DNA of 64,000 nt from the human T2T-CHM13v2.0 reference genome, Homo sapiens: the NCBI RefSeq assembly GCF_009914755.1, contig NC_060932.1; one strand, given 5' to 3'. The stretch's first letter is position 1, and every line of letters begins with the position of its first letter. The notes below the pieces were generated by a model. That model was not told where the DNA came from and ran no database searches. It worked only from the letters and a program-made list of their open reading frames with translations. Positions 1 through 11,311 of this stretch are shown piece by piece. The position numbers and the translations under genes are program-made.

Positions 1-171
1 CAGGAATGACATCCACCCTACACTGTCACGGTGGTCCAATGAGAACCCCATACTGCAGCCACATGGCATGAGACACCCAGAGTGGAGTGACCCTCAGCCA
101 CTCTACCGCTGGCAGAATGCCATTCTGCACCCAAACATGTATCTGCCGTATACTCCCACTGCACCCCTGCC

Positions 172-368
172 AGAGAAAGACAGAGAGAGATCCAGAAAGA
201 TGGACAAACAAAAACAGAGACAGAGGAAGAGACAGAGACATGCAGAGAGACAGTAGAGAGACACAGAGAAACAGAGAGATAGAAACAGACAGAGAGAGAT
301 GGAAATAGAGAGAGAGAGAGAGATAGAGAGAAATAGATTCAGAGAGACAGAAAGAAGGAGACAGAAAG
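172..368. repeat. GA/GACA-rich simple repeat
   Basis: Degenerate (GAGA/GACA)n. Confidence 0.9.
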
Positions 369-636
369 ATGCAGTGGGATCCTGTAGCTAGCTCATTGAG
401 GCAGTTCACAAAGGGTGTTTGGGAGAAAACTTGGAAGAGGCTGAGCCATGCCTGACCTAGGAGCAGTGAGATTGTGGAAAGAGAAAAGAAAGAACCGAAA
501 CACAGCTTTCCTTGCTGGTGCTGGGTAAGACATGGCTCAGCCTCTTCCAAGTTCCTCCCAAACACCGTCTGTGAACTGCCTCAATGAGCTAGCTACAGTA
601 TTCTATCGGATCTGTTTCTGTCCCTTTCCTTCTGTC
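346..636. repeat. Inverted repeat, arms ~346-468 and ~511-636
   Basis: 382-450 is the reverse complement of 531-598 with 3 mismatches and 1 indel. The flanks pair more loosely. Confidence 0.93.
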
Positions 637-649
637 TTATTGAAGCCAC

Positions 650-780
650 ACTATGATTCTTTGACCAGGCAATATAATCCTCATGTTAGAGAAGAAAAAC
701 ACTGGGGTTCAGAGAATTGAAACAAATTGCCCAAGGTCACCCTGCTGGTAAATGGAAAACTGGTGTAATGGCCTGGAAAG
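650..780 (-). mobile_element. MIR fragment
   Basis: MIR core in antisense orientation (ttgcccaaggtcac..ctggtaaatgg). Confidence 0.65.
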
Positions 781-859
781 CCTCATTCCCTAGCCTCTGT
801 GCTGACCGCCTCCTGGGGAGGCTTCCAGGTTATTACACCAGGTGTGGGTTCAATAAGAT

Positions 860-1599
860 TGTGAAAGAAAAATATCTCAGGCACCTTCAAGCTGGGAACT
901 GCTTATTGCGAATCTGCCTCTTTTTCTATTCAAGTCATCTTTTTGCTCCCAGAGATACATGCGTATTTCGATTAACTTTTTTGGAAAGACTTATAATAAA
1001 TTCAAAAGAATGCAACCGGTCAGGGCGCAGTGGCTCACGTCTGTAATCCTAACACTCTGGGAGGCCGAGGCGGGCAGATCGCCTGAGGTTAGGAGTTCGA
1101 GACCAGCCTGGCCAACATGGTGAAGCCCCGTCCTTACTAAAAATACAAAAATTAGCTGGGTGTGGTGGCACACACCTGTAATCCCACCTACTCAAAAGGC
1201 GGAGGCCGGAGAATTGCTTGAAACCAGGACACATTGGTTGTAGTGAGCCGAGATCGCACCACTGCACTTCAACCTGGGTGACAAAACCGCACTCCGTCTC
1301 AAAAATACAATAAAAAGAATGCAACTGTCTGTCTCTCACATACCTGTGACCTGGAAGCCCCCAGTGGTGGGGGCCTTGCTTTGAGCTGTCTCTGCCTTTC
1401 TGGACAGAACTATTGTACTTCTTATACATTGATTGATGTCTCATGTCTCCCTAAAATGTATAAAAGCAAGCTGTGCCTTGACCACCTGGAGCACATGTTG
1501 TTAGGATTTCCTGAGGCTATGTCACAGGTACATCCTCAACCTTGGCAAAATAAACTTTTTAAATTAAATGAGACCTGTCTCAAATTTTGGGGGTTTACA
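860..1599 (+). mobile_element. MER4-group (ERV1) solo LTR interrupted by an Alu
   Basis: TG...CA ends, 4-bp TSD AGAT (856-859 and 1600-1603), tcaagctgggaactgc and cctgtgacctggaagcccc motifs. Confidence 0.85.
1018..1312 (+). mobile_element. AluS
   Basis: Full dimer with TSD aaaagaatgcaac (1004-1016 and 1313-1325). Confidence 0.95.
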
Positions 1600-1759
1600 A
1601 GATAATAAAGTAAAAAATCTCAGAATGCTGCCGGGCACCATGTGAGGTCCGATGGTGTCTGTAGATCCTGGGAGTGAAAGGAATCTAAACCCTGGAATCC
1701 TGATTTTCAGGACTGATGTTTTCTGCTCTGAACCTGGAAAACTTTTTTTCTAAATTTCA

Positions 1760-2583
1760 TTTTTATTTTTTATTTTATTTATTTTTTTATTATACTTGAA
1801 GTTCTAGGGTACATGTGCACAACGTACAGTTTTGTTACATATTTATACATGTGCTGTGTTGGTTTGCTGCACCCATTAGCTCATCATTTACATTAGGTAT
1901 TTCTCCTAATGCTATCTGTCTCCCCTCCCCCTACCCCACAACAGGCCCCGGTGTGTGATGTTACCCACCCTATGTCCATGTGTTCTCATTGTTCAATTCA
2001 CACCTATGAGTGAGAACATGCGGTGTTTGGTTTTTTGTCCTTGTGATAGTTTGCTCAGAATGGTGGTTTCCAGCTTCATCCATGTTGCTGCAAAGGACAT
2101 GAACTCATCCTTTTTCATGGCTGCATAGTAGTCCATGGTGTATATGTGTCACATTTTTCTTAATCCAGTCTATCATTGATGGACATTTGGGTTGGTTCCA
2201 AGTCTTTGCAATTGTGAAAGTGCTGCAGTAACATACGTGTGCATGTGTCTTTATAGCAGCATGATTTATAGTCCTTTGGGTATATACCCAGTAATGGGAT
2301 GGCTGGGTCAAATGGCATTTCTAGTTCTAGATCCCTGAGGAATCGCCACACCGACTTCCACAATGGTTGAACTAGTTTACAGTCCCGCCAACAGTGTAAA
2401 AGTGTTCCTGTTTCCTCACATCCTCTCCAGCACCTGCTGTTTCCTGACTTTTTAATGATCGCCATTCTAACTGGTGGGAGATGGTATCTCATTGTGGTTT
2501 TGATTTGCATTCCTCTGATGGCCAGGGATGACGAGCATTTTTTCATGTGTCTCTTGGCTGCATACATGTCTTCTTTTGAGAAG
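1760..2583 (-). mobile_element. 5'-truncated L1PA (ORF2 C-terminus and 3'UTR)
   Basis: ORF 2160-2567 matches the L1 ORF2 Cys-rich end ([26 protein letters not shown]). Poly-T tail at the left end. Confidence 0.95.
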
Positions 2584-3169
2584 AAACACTTTGCTTTTTA
2601 AGGTTACATTTTCAGGATTTCAAGCATCCTGTGAGGGTGCTAGAAGAAGGTCATTTTAGTCCCAGTGTCCAGGGCATCACCCTGTTCCGCTCACGTCCAT
2701 CAACAGGGTGATGCTGGAGAGCAGAGCTCACTCCTGGGCGCTCTTGAGGAGTGAGGCGTGGTAGCCAGCTCGGAAGGCATGGGAGCCCGGGCGAGATGAT
2801 AAGGAGGCCAGGTCCTGTGCCATGTGCCCAGGAGAAACCACATACAAGCAGAATGCAGCATCTACTTTCACATAAATATTGCAGTGAGACTGGCCAGAGT
2901 CCTGGCTTCATCACTCACAATTGACCAAAGTGTGGCCTTTGTGGGTGGGCGCTGACTAAGGAGACTGATGGGGGCTGTGGTGGCAGAAAGTGCACAAGCC
3001 TTTGACAGCCCAGGGATGAGGCTACTGACCCACCTGTGATGAATGACAGTCTAATGGAGGAAATGACACCCGGGATGAGGCTGTAGAGCAGATGGGGGCC
3101 AAGTAGATGAAAGTGTGGTGGGAGGACCACGGACATCTCAGGAGAGCAGGGACCAAGGCCTATATAGGA

Positions 3170-3647
3170 GATGCATGCGTGTGTGTGTGGTGCATTAAGG
3201 CTTATGTGTGGTTTGCATTTAGGCTCATATCTTTGTGTGCATGTGGTGCACATTTAGGCTTTTCCGTGTGTGCATTTAGGCTTGTGTGTGTGTCTGCCTG
3301 TATTTGGGATTGTGTGTTTGTGTGTGTGCATTTAGATTTGTGTGTGTGCATTTAGGCGTGTGTGTGTGCATGTACGTGCATTTAGGCTTGTGTGTGTGTG
3401 TATTTAGGCTTTTGTGTGTTTGCATTTTGGCTTGTGTGTTTGTGTGTGTGTCCATTTAGGCTTTTGTGTGTGTGCATTTAGATTTGTGTGTGTGTGCATT
3501 TTGGCTTGTGTGTGTGTACGTGCATTTAGGCTTGCGTGTGTGTGTGTATGTGTGCATTTTGACTTGCGTGTTTGTGTGTGTATTTACGCTGTGGTGTGTG
3601 CGTGCATTTAGGCTTGTGTGTGCGTGGAGGGTGCACATTTAGGCTTC
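3170..3647. repeat. Minisatellite (TG)n-CATTTAGGCT
   Basis: ~20 degenerate units of TG runs punctuated by CATTTAGGC. Confidence 0.9.
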
Positions 3648-3912
3648 TGAGTGTCTTATTGAGCAGCTTTGGTTTTCTTCTTAGGCAATAGGGAGACTTT
3701 GGAAGAGGAATTATATGAGCCTGTTGCCATTATAGAACTAGTCTAATATGGAGGTGTCGAGGATGCATGGAGAGGGCGTCAGCTTGGACTTGGGAAGACC
3801 CAGGAAGGGGCTGAGGAGCCATTAGGGTCTTACACAATATGGGGAAGGGGGAAGAAATGAGACAGGAACTTGAGAGGAATTAAGAAGCTAAAGTTAACCA
3901 CCCTCCACTGGC

Positions 3913-4192
3913 AGATGGAAGGAGCTGGATTTCTGGTCCTGGATGGAAGGAGCTGGATTTCTGACCCTGGATGGAAGGCGCTGGATTTCTGACCCTGGAT
4001 GGAAGGCGCTGGATTTCTGGCCCTGGATGGAAGGAGCTGGATTTCTGACCCTGGATGGAAGGCGCTGGATTTCTGGCCCTGGATGGAAGGCGCTGGATTT
4101 CTGACCCTGGATGGAAGGCGCTGGATTTCTGGCCCTGGATGGAAGGAGCTGGATTTCTGGCCCTGGATGGAAGGAGCTGGATTTTTGGCCCT
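3913..4192. repeat. 28-bp VNTR, 10 copies
   Basis: GGATGGAAGG(A/C)GCTGGATTTCTG(A/G)CCCT, near-perfect copies. Confidence 0.97.
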
Positions 4193-4478
4193 GGCTTGAC
4201 TGAGTGTGGTGTCAGGCCCTGAGCTGGGTGAGGGTAGGAAGAGCCGGTATGGGAAGATGTTGAGTTATGTAGACAAGTGAGTGTAAGGGGTGCCCTCATT
4301 CGCCATCACAGTGGCTGATGTGTCCTCTGCATGCTGGTCTCTCCCTCCAGTCATCAGTGAAGGCTGACGGAGGGGAGGGGCTGTGTGGGATTTCCACAGT
4401 CTCCCCTCACTGGAGGGTCCAGGGTCTGGCATAGATAATCAGTCACTGTTTTGGAATAAATGAATAAACAGAAGAGTG

Positions 4479-4770
4479 TTGCTATGGACGGAACACATTC
4501 CCTGCTTGCATAAATATATAAAAGGATATTTAAGGAGGTAATTAGGCTAAATTAGGTCATAGGACTGGTGGCCTAATAGTTAGACGAAGAGAAATCAGAG
4601 CTCTGGGGCATGGCGAGAAGGCGTGATGCACAAACCAAGAAGCGTCCCTCCCGGGAACCGAATCAGCCTTCATCTTCATCTTGAGCTTCCAGCCTCCAGA
4701 ACCATGAGAAATAAACTTGCATTTACCCAGCCTGTGGCACATTGTTGTGGCAGCTGGTTAGACTTACACA
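4479..4770 (+). mobile_element. MLT1-type MaLR LTR fragment
   Basis: 3' end motif cttccagcctccagaaccatgagaaataaa...gacttacaca. Confidence 0.7.
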
Positions 4771-5011
4771 AGTGTTGTCTGTATTCTTGGTGAACTCTTC
4801 ATTTCTTCTAGGACAACAAAACTCCGGGGACTCCATTCCTGGCAGCACCCCAACCTCCTGTTACCCTCACCCCTATGGGGGCTTCCTCTTCAGGGAGGAA
4901 CTTCAGGTTTTTAAGACATGGATGCTTTGTTTTGGCTTGAGACTGTGCGAGTCCCATAAGTGGTGAGCACAACTTGGAACACTATTGCTTATTTCCTTAC
5001 CCGCAATAGTT

Positions 5012-5483
5012 TGTTTGTTTTTTTTTTTTTGACAGAGTCTCACTCTGTTACCGAAGTTGGAGTGCACCGGTGCAATCTCGGCTCACTGCAAGCTCTCCCT
5101 CCTGGGTTCTGGGCATTCTTCTGCCTCAGCCTCCCGAGTAGCCGGGACTACAGGCAACTGCCACTATGCCTGGCTAATTTTTTGTATTTTTAATAGAGAT
5201 GGGATTTCACCATGTTAGCCAGGATGGGGTTGATCTCCTGACCTCGTGATCTGCCTGCCTCGGCCTCCCAAAGTGCTGGGATTACAGGTGTGAGCCACCC
5301 CGCCTGGCCTTTTTTTTTTTTTTCTTTTTTTTCAAGACAGACTCTCACACAGTGTCGCCTAGGCTGGAGTGCAGTGGCGTGGTCTCGACTCACTGCAACC
5401 TCTGCCTCCCGGGTTCAAGCAATTCTCATGCCTCAGCCCCCCACAAGAAGCTGGGATTCCAGGCGTGAGCCACTGCACCTGGC
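5012..5483 (-). mobile_element. Full Alu (5012-5309) plus internally deleted Alu (5310-5483)
   Basis: Antisense Alu consensus, two poly-T tails. Confidence 0.92.
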
Positions 5484-6762
5484 CACTCGCAGTAGATCTT
5501 GATTATGATCTGCTAAAGGCACGTCCTTGACTGCTGACCTCACAGGCCACGCCACTGGCAGCTGCCCAGAGCAGGAGCTGTTTGTGTCAGGTGCTTGTCA
5601 CAGCTCTGGAGCATGAGACCTGAGTGTGAAGAGGGGAGGGGGTCTGGGGTGGGACAGAAGCTGTGTAGGGCAGTACCTGCCCTGGGGTTCCACCTGCAAG
5701 GTCAACAGGACACAGTCCTTACATGGTGGGGTTGAGCTGGTTTCAGTCCTAACTCAGGAGCTCCTCAGAGAGTCAGTTCCACCCACGTAGGTTGGAGCTA
5801 GCTCCTCAATGCCACTGTGAAGGAAAACGAAGGACACAGCCTCACCAAGCACCACCCCAGCCAGGTGTGACGCCACTGTGAATGTGTCTAGTCCTCAGGA
5901 CCACGAGAGGCTGTGTTTGAAGGGAGCTGGGCCAGCCCCTGAGTCAGACAGGATGGATTCAGCTTCTGTGCCTCTGTGGAGAGGCAGGGCCAGCTGGGCC
6001 TGGCACTCACCTGTCCTGCTGCTAGTAGCAATGGTAAACTGTCTAACACCAGAGGATTACGTGGGTTTAACACATTTATGCGCACAGATGAGGAGTGTTC
6101 AATTAGTGCTGGTTCTTACCATGATTATTTCTATTCTTTCCCATATTATGAGGTCATCATTACCCCATTTCCTAGATCATACACCTAGACTGGCAGAGAG
6201 TAATGTACAGGTAATGAGTGGTACATCCAGAACTGACCCAAGCCATCAGCATAGGGGGTTGAGTGTCATCCTCTCTTTTGCAGGCAGGACATCCCAGTGC
6301 TAAGGAGAGTGACCTCAGACACCAGAGACACAGCAAGTGCAGCAGAGCTGACGGCTCTGGGAACACTGGTCTTCAAAGTCTTCCCCGTTGTTGGTTTTGT
6401 TGTCTTTATTTACAAATAAAGTAAATATTTCTTATTTATAGATAACATTTTATTTATAAAAATAATATACGTGTTGCAAAAAGTTAAAACAATACTGATG
6501 TGTAGCAGCAGAAAAGGAAAGTTGTCTTGAATCCTATTTCTCATGGATAAACAGATTGCTAACAATTGGGTTTCTCTCAGTTAATGACATTCTCTTCTAC
6601 ACACATAAAGGTATCTATTCATGTACACTTCAATACTTACAGATTGTAAAAAGGAAACACTTTGTAATGCTGATCTGCAGCTTGCTTGTTTTCCTTTCCA
6701 CCTAGTAGTTGTACGTCTTTCAATATTTTAGATCAAATCCATTTTTATAGTGCATGCATTTT

Positions 6763-7155
6763 CAGTTGATCCTTGAACAACTCGGGGCTGAACTGTACAG
6801 CTCCATTTACACATGGATTTTCTTCCACCTCTGCCACCCCTGAGACAGCAAGACCAACCTCTCCTCTACTCCTCCTCCTCAACCCACTCAATGTGAAGAT
6901 GATGAGGATGCAGACCTTTGTGATTATCCTCTTCCACTTAATGAAGAGTAAATATATTTTATCTTTCTTATGTTTTCTTTAATAACTTTTGTCTCTAGCT
7001 TAGTTTATTGTAAGAATACAGTATATAAGACATATAACATAGAAAAAGTATGTTAATTAATATTTTGTTTTATTGATAAGGCTTCTGGTTAGCAGTAGGC
7101 TATTAGTAGTTAAGTTTTTGGGGAGTTGAAAGTTATATGTGAGTTTTTGACTGTG
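6763..7155 (+). mobile_element. Tigger2/MER28-type DNA transposon derivative
   Basis: TIR-like start CAGTTGATCCTTGAACAAC. Confidence 0.75.
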
Positions 7156-7189
7156 CCTCATGTATAACTTTTCATGTACTTATTACCCA

Positions 7190-7985
7190 GTGTGATCTAC
7201 TGATACAGTGCAATCCCTATCAAAATCTCAATGATTTTTTTGGCAGAAATAGAAAGTCCATCTTAAAATTTATAGAAAATGCCAAGGAACTCTAAATAGC
7301 CAAAACAATCTTGAAAAAGAATGAAGTTGGAGGACTCAAACTTCCTGACTTTAAAACTCATTACAAAGGAACAATAATCAAAACAGCTTGGTACTGGCAT
7401 AAAGACAGACATATAAATAGTGGGATAGAATAGAAAGCCCAACAGTAAATTTTTGCATATGTGTTCAAATGATTTCCAGCAAGGGTGCCACTCCACTGAA
7501 AGGGAGAAAAGACAATCTTTCCAATAAATGGTGCTGGGAAAATTGGATACCCACATGCAAAAGAATGAAGTTGGACCCTTAGCTAACAGCATATACAAAA
7601 ATTAACTCAAAACGGATCAAAGACCTAAACACAAAAACTACAACTACAAAACTCTTAGAAGAAAATATAGGCGAAATAGTTCACTATAATAGATTTGGCA
7701 ATGATTTCTTGGATATGACACCAAACACACAGACAATAAAAGAGCAAATAGATAAATTGATCTTCATCAAAATTTAAAAAATATTTTTATGCATCAACAT
7801 ACATTATAAATGGAATAAAAATGCAAGTCATAGAATGGTAGCAAATATTTGCAGATTTTATGTCTGACAATATTTTTATGTCCAGATATATAAAGAGCTT
7901 CTAAAACTCAACAACAAACAACCCAACATGATTTAAAAATGGGCAAAATAGACATTTGTCCAAAGAAGATATACAGATGCTCAGT
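7190..7985 (+). mobile_element. Old L1M ORF2 fragment
   Basis: L1 ORF2 motifs: caatccctatcaaaat, tggtactggcataaagacagacatat, ggatatgacacca. Confidence 0.88.
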
Positions 7986-8785
7986 AGAATACTTTTTAAC
8001 CACATTCCTATAAATGGACATTAGATTGTTTCTATTTTTTTTACTACTATAAGAGTGGTGCAGTAATCACTGTTATAATACCAAATGTATGTATATACAT
8101 GTATTTACTTGTTATAATTACTCATCTAAATTATTACTCATGTAACAAATATATACTAAGAACCTGTAAATGCTTGGTCCCTGCTTTAAAGGAGGAGGAC
8201 TAGTGAGCCTATTTAATTATTTTGATGATAAATATTATGAAGAAAAAGCACAGGGAACCATGAGGATGAATAACTTGACTTGGGCAACTCACCGGTGGGT
8301 TTTCCTGAGGTAGGTAATATGGGGTTTACTGCATTAATTCTTAGGCTTGGAATTGTTGGCTGAAAGGTTAAAGGGGTTTCATCTTTAAAATTTTAATACA
8401 TATTGCCAATTTGTCCTCCACAAGGTTTACTAATTTACAATCACATGCAAAAAAAAAAAAAAAAGTATAGACTTGCACCTGTTTCCAATATTACCATTCA
8501 TACTGGCCTGGGTTTATCCATTCATTTATAAATTATGAACTTTCTTGGATACTGACTACATGCCAGGCACCATGCCAGGGTGAATTAGAGACATAGTTCC
8601 TTGTCTTGACAACTTCACTGTGGGCTGGGGAGAGACAGACAATAAATACGACAATAAATACATTACTTTAAATGACTTAGTTATGTTTCCACACCCAGCT
8701 GAAATGGGCCCGGGAGAATCACTGTGTTTCTTGTTGTCGATCTGGGATGAAATTAGGGCAGCTGGGTTAAAAACATAGTTGAAAG

Positions 8786-9000
8786 CAGTGGTTTTCAAGC
8801 AGGGGTGATTTTGCCACTCAGGGGACTTTGGTGATGTCTGGAGACACTTTTGCTGTTGCAGCTTAGGAGGGAGCACTATGAGCATCTGGTCACTAGAGGT
8901 CAGGGGTGCTGCTGAACATCCTGCAAGGCACAGGGTGGCCTCCTATGATAAAGAATTATCGAGCCCCAAATGTTAATTGTGCCAAGGTTGAGAGACCCTG
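8786..9000. mobile_element. MER20 (hAT-Charlie)
   Basis: cagtggttttcaa...tgccaaggttgagagaccctg. Confidence 0.85.
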
Positions 9001-10924
9001 GCAAAAGAAAGAACCAGACAAGGCAGGGTTCAAATCCTAGGCTAGCCACTGTAAAGGCATCTCAGCGGTCGTCAACATGCTTGTCTTTTGCATAGGGGAC
9101 GAGATTAGATGTTGTGATTATTAGATGAGAAAAATGAATTGAACTGTGGAGCACAGGACACAGCAGAAGTTGTCCATGAATGGTGGGTCATAGTATAATG
9201 ATGACACACCACAGTGGAAGAAGGATGGGAGATGGATATTTCTTAATGTGTAGCTCTGGGACCACTTTAGAGGAAGCATGGTAGGAGCAGGAGGAGCTGT
9301 GGGGCTTGGTGACTTAGGGAAGGATGGATCCGTGCCTCTCGTTGTTTCTCTGCTATCTTGTTTGCGTTGCATTTTCTTGGTCAGTTCTGTTTGTCATTTT
9401 TGAACAGTTTCTTGGATCATTTAAAAAATTGTTTTGCAGCTTTTTTTTTATCCTTTGAAATCAGTGCTGTTGTTTCTCATGCATGTTACCAGTGTTTCCC
9501 CCACTTTATCATTCAACCTGATTCATTATGTTTCTTCTTTGTTCTGCAGGATAGAATTGCTCAGTGTAATAACAATGTTTCAATGTCTTCTATTTTGAAT
9601 ATAATCACAATGTCCACTCCTTTGAGTAAAAAATGATAGGTCCGGTGATGGCCATTGGCCCAAATGGTGGCCTTACTGAGCTACACAGCTCCAAAGGGAG
9701 CCAGCAGTAGAATCCTGGCTTTCTGGGCCACATTTGGGCCACCGTGGAGATAGATGAGTGTGTGATGTCAGTGTACCTTACAGAGGTGATGCAAGTAGCT
9801 CAGACTCACACTGTGAATCCACAGTGCTTGGTGCTTTCAAAGGGTTTCAAAGGATTTCTTGAGAAGCAAATTCTATTTGCAGATAATTTCTATTTCAGTT
9901 CCTTTCTGAAATATGAAGGCAAAATGTTAAAAAAGTGACATTGATATTATAACTCATAATTCGCATAACAACCTTTTTGTTGGCCGGGTTGGAGACGTTA
10001 CACACACTTTGAAGAAACACAAAGCCAGTAGTAATTCTACAATTCAGAAAAAGCTTTATCTGGCAGCATCTTTTTGTTCTACATCCAAATCCCATTGTGA
10101 TATCTAATAGAAAAAGCCTTAGAGGTGGCAAAGAGGTGGATGGATGGTCTTAATGTCCACCCTAGCTCCCCAGCGATCCTCCTAGGATGTGTTGCAATGC
10201 GTCTAATATTCTTTCCAGAACCGAGTGTTGAATGGTGTTCCCCACTGCAATAGAAACACACTTGGAATAGGATAGCATTTGTAGTCATGACCAACCTGTA
10301 CCCCGCAGGGAGTTGCAAGCTGTGCTCTGGCAGATGGAACCGAAAACACACCTCTGCCAGGGAAGCTTTGAGCCAAGCAAGGAAATCAAATTCTTCCTGT
10401 TGTGCCCAGAATTGTGATTTACTGCCCATCCGAATCATAGCCTCATAATATCTCAGCTGGAAGGACGTAGCCAGTGTCTACTCCAGGGAGTTTCTGGGAG
10501 TCCCTGGGACTTAGAGTTCTGCCAGTACCAACAAGGCTGCGCTCGACACCTTAGCCCACTTCCTAGCCATAGCCATTTCTTCCACAGGCCAGGACTTCTG
10601 AATGGCTTTTGTGTGACAGACAGTTTCTGGCAGTTAATAAAAGGAAAGGTAGAACTAATCTAGCTCAACATCATCAGATAATTTACAGATATAGAAGATA
10701 ATTGCAGAGTGTAAAGAGATTTGTTCAAAGTGACAGCGTGAAAGCTAAAAAAGGGACAATCAGAGGCTTCCCTGAGCCTCTGAAGTGAGGTGACTGTACC
10801 TGCATCTGTCCCAGCACCGGGCCCAGCCAATCCCACTTGGCTGGGGTGGGTGGTGCTGCCTGAGAGTCCGGGCAGTCCCTTTTCACCCCTGAGCCTGACC
10901 CTGGTTTCTCAGAATCTCAGAATC

Positions 10925-11311
10925 TAGCTATTTTGAAATATACAATACATCATGGTCAACTATAATCACCCTACTGGGCAGTAGAGCACCAGAACGTTTT
11001 CTTCCTGTTTAATGGTAACTTTGTGCCCATTGACCAACCCCTCCCCATCCCCCCTCCCCCTCCCCTCCCCATCCCCCCTCCCCGTCCCCTCCCCAGTCTC
11101 AGGTAAGGCTATTCTCCTCTCTGCTTTTGTGAGATCCACTTTTTGGTTTCTGCATATGAGTGAGATCAGGTGGTATTTGTCTCTCTGTGTCTGGCTTACT
11201 GATGATTACACAAGGTGTACATATGTCAGTATCACAGTGTAACTCATACATATGTACAATTATTATGTGTCAATTAAAAATAAAGCAAAGAAAAATAAAA
11301 ACAAACAAAAA
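10925..11311. mobile_element. L1MA 3' end with 5' inversion
   Basis: Antisense L1MA 3'UTR segment (~10925-11200) joined to a sense terminal segment plus A-tail (~11200-11311). Confidence 0.6.

Noticed and set aside
3200-3647. TTAGGC/TTTAGG as an interstitial telomere
   Set aside because: The motifs are isolated by TG runs and are not tandem TTAGGG.
3880-4299. Repetitive ORFs, and possible CRISPR-like reading of the 28-bp and 19-bp arrays
   Set aside because: Head-to-tail VNTRs with no unique spacers, in a eukaryotic context with no cas genes.
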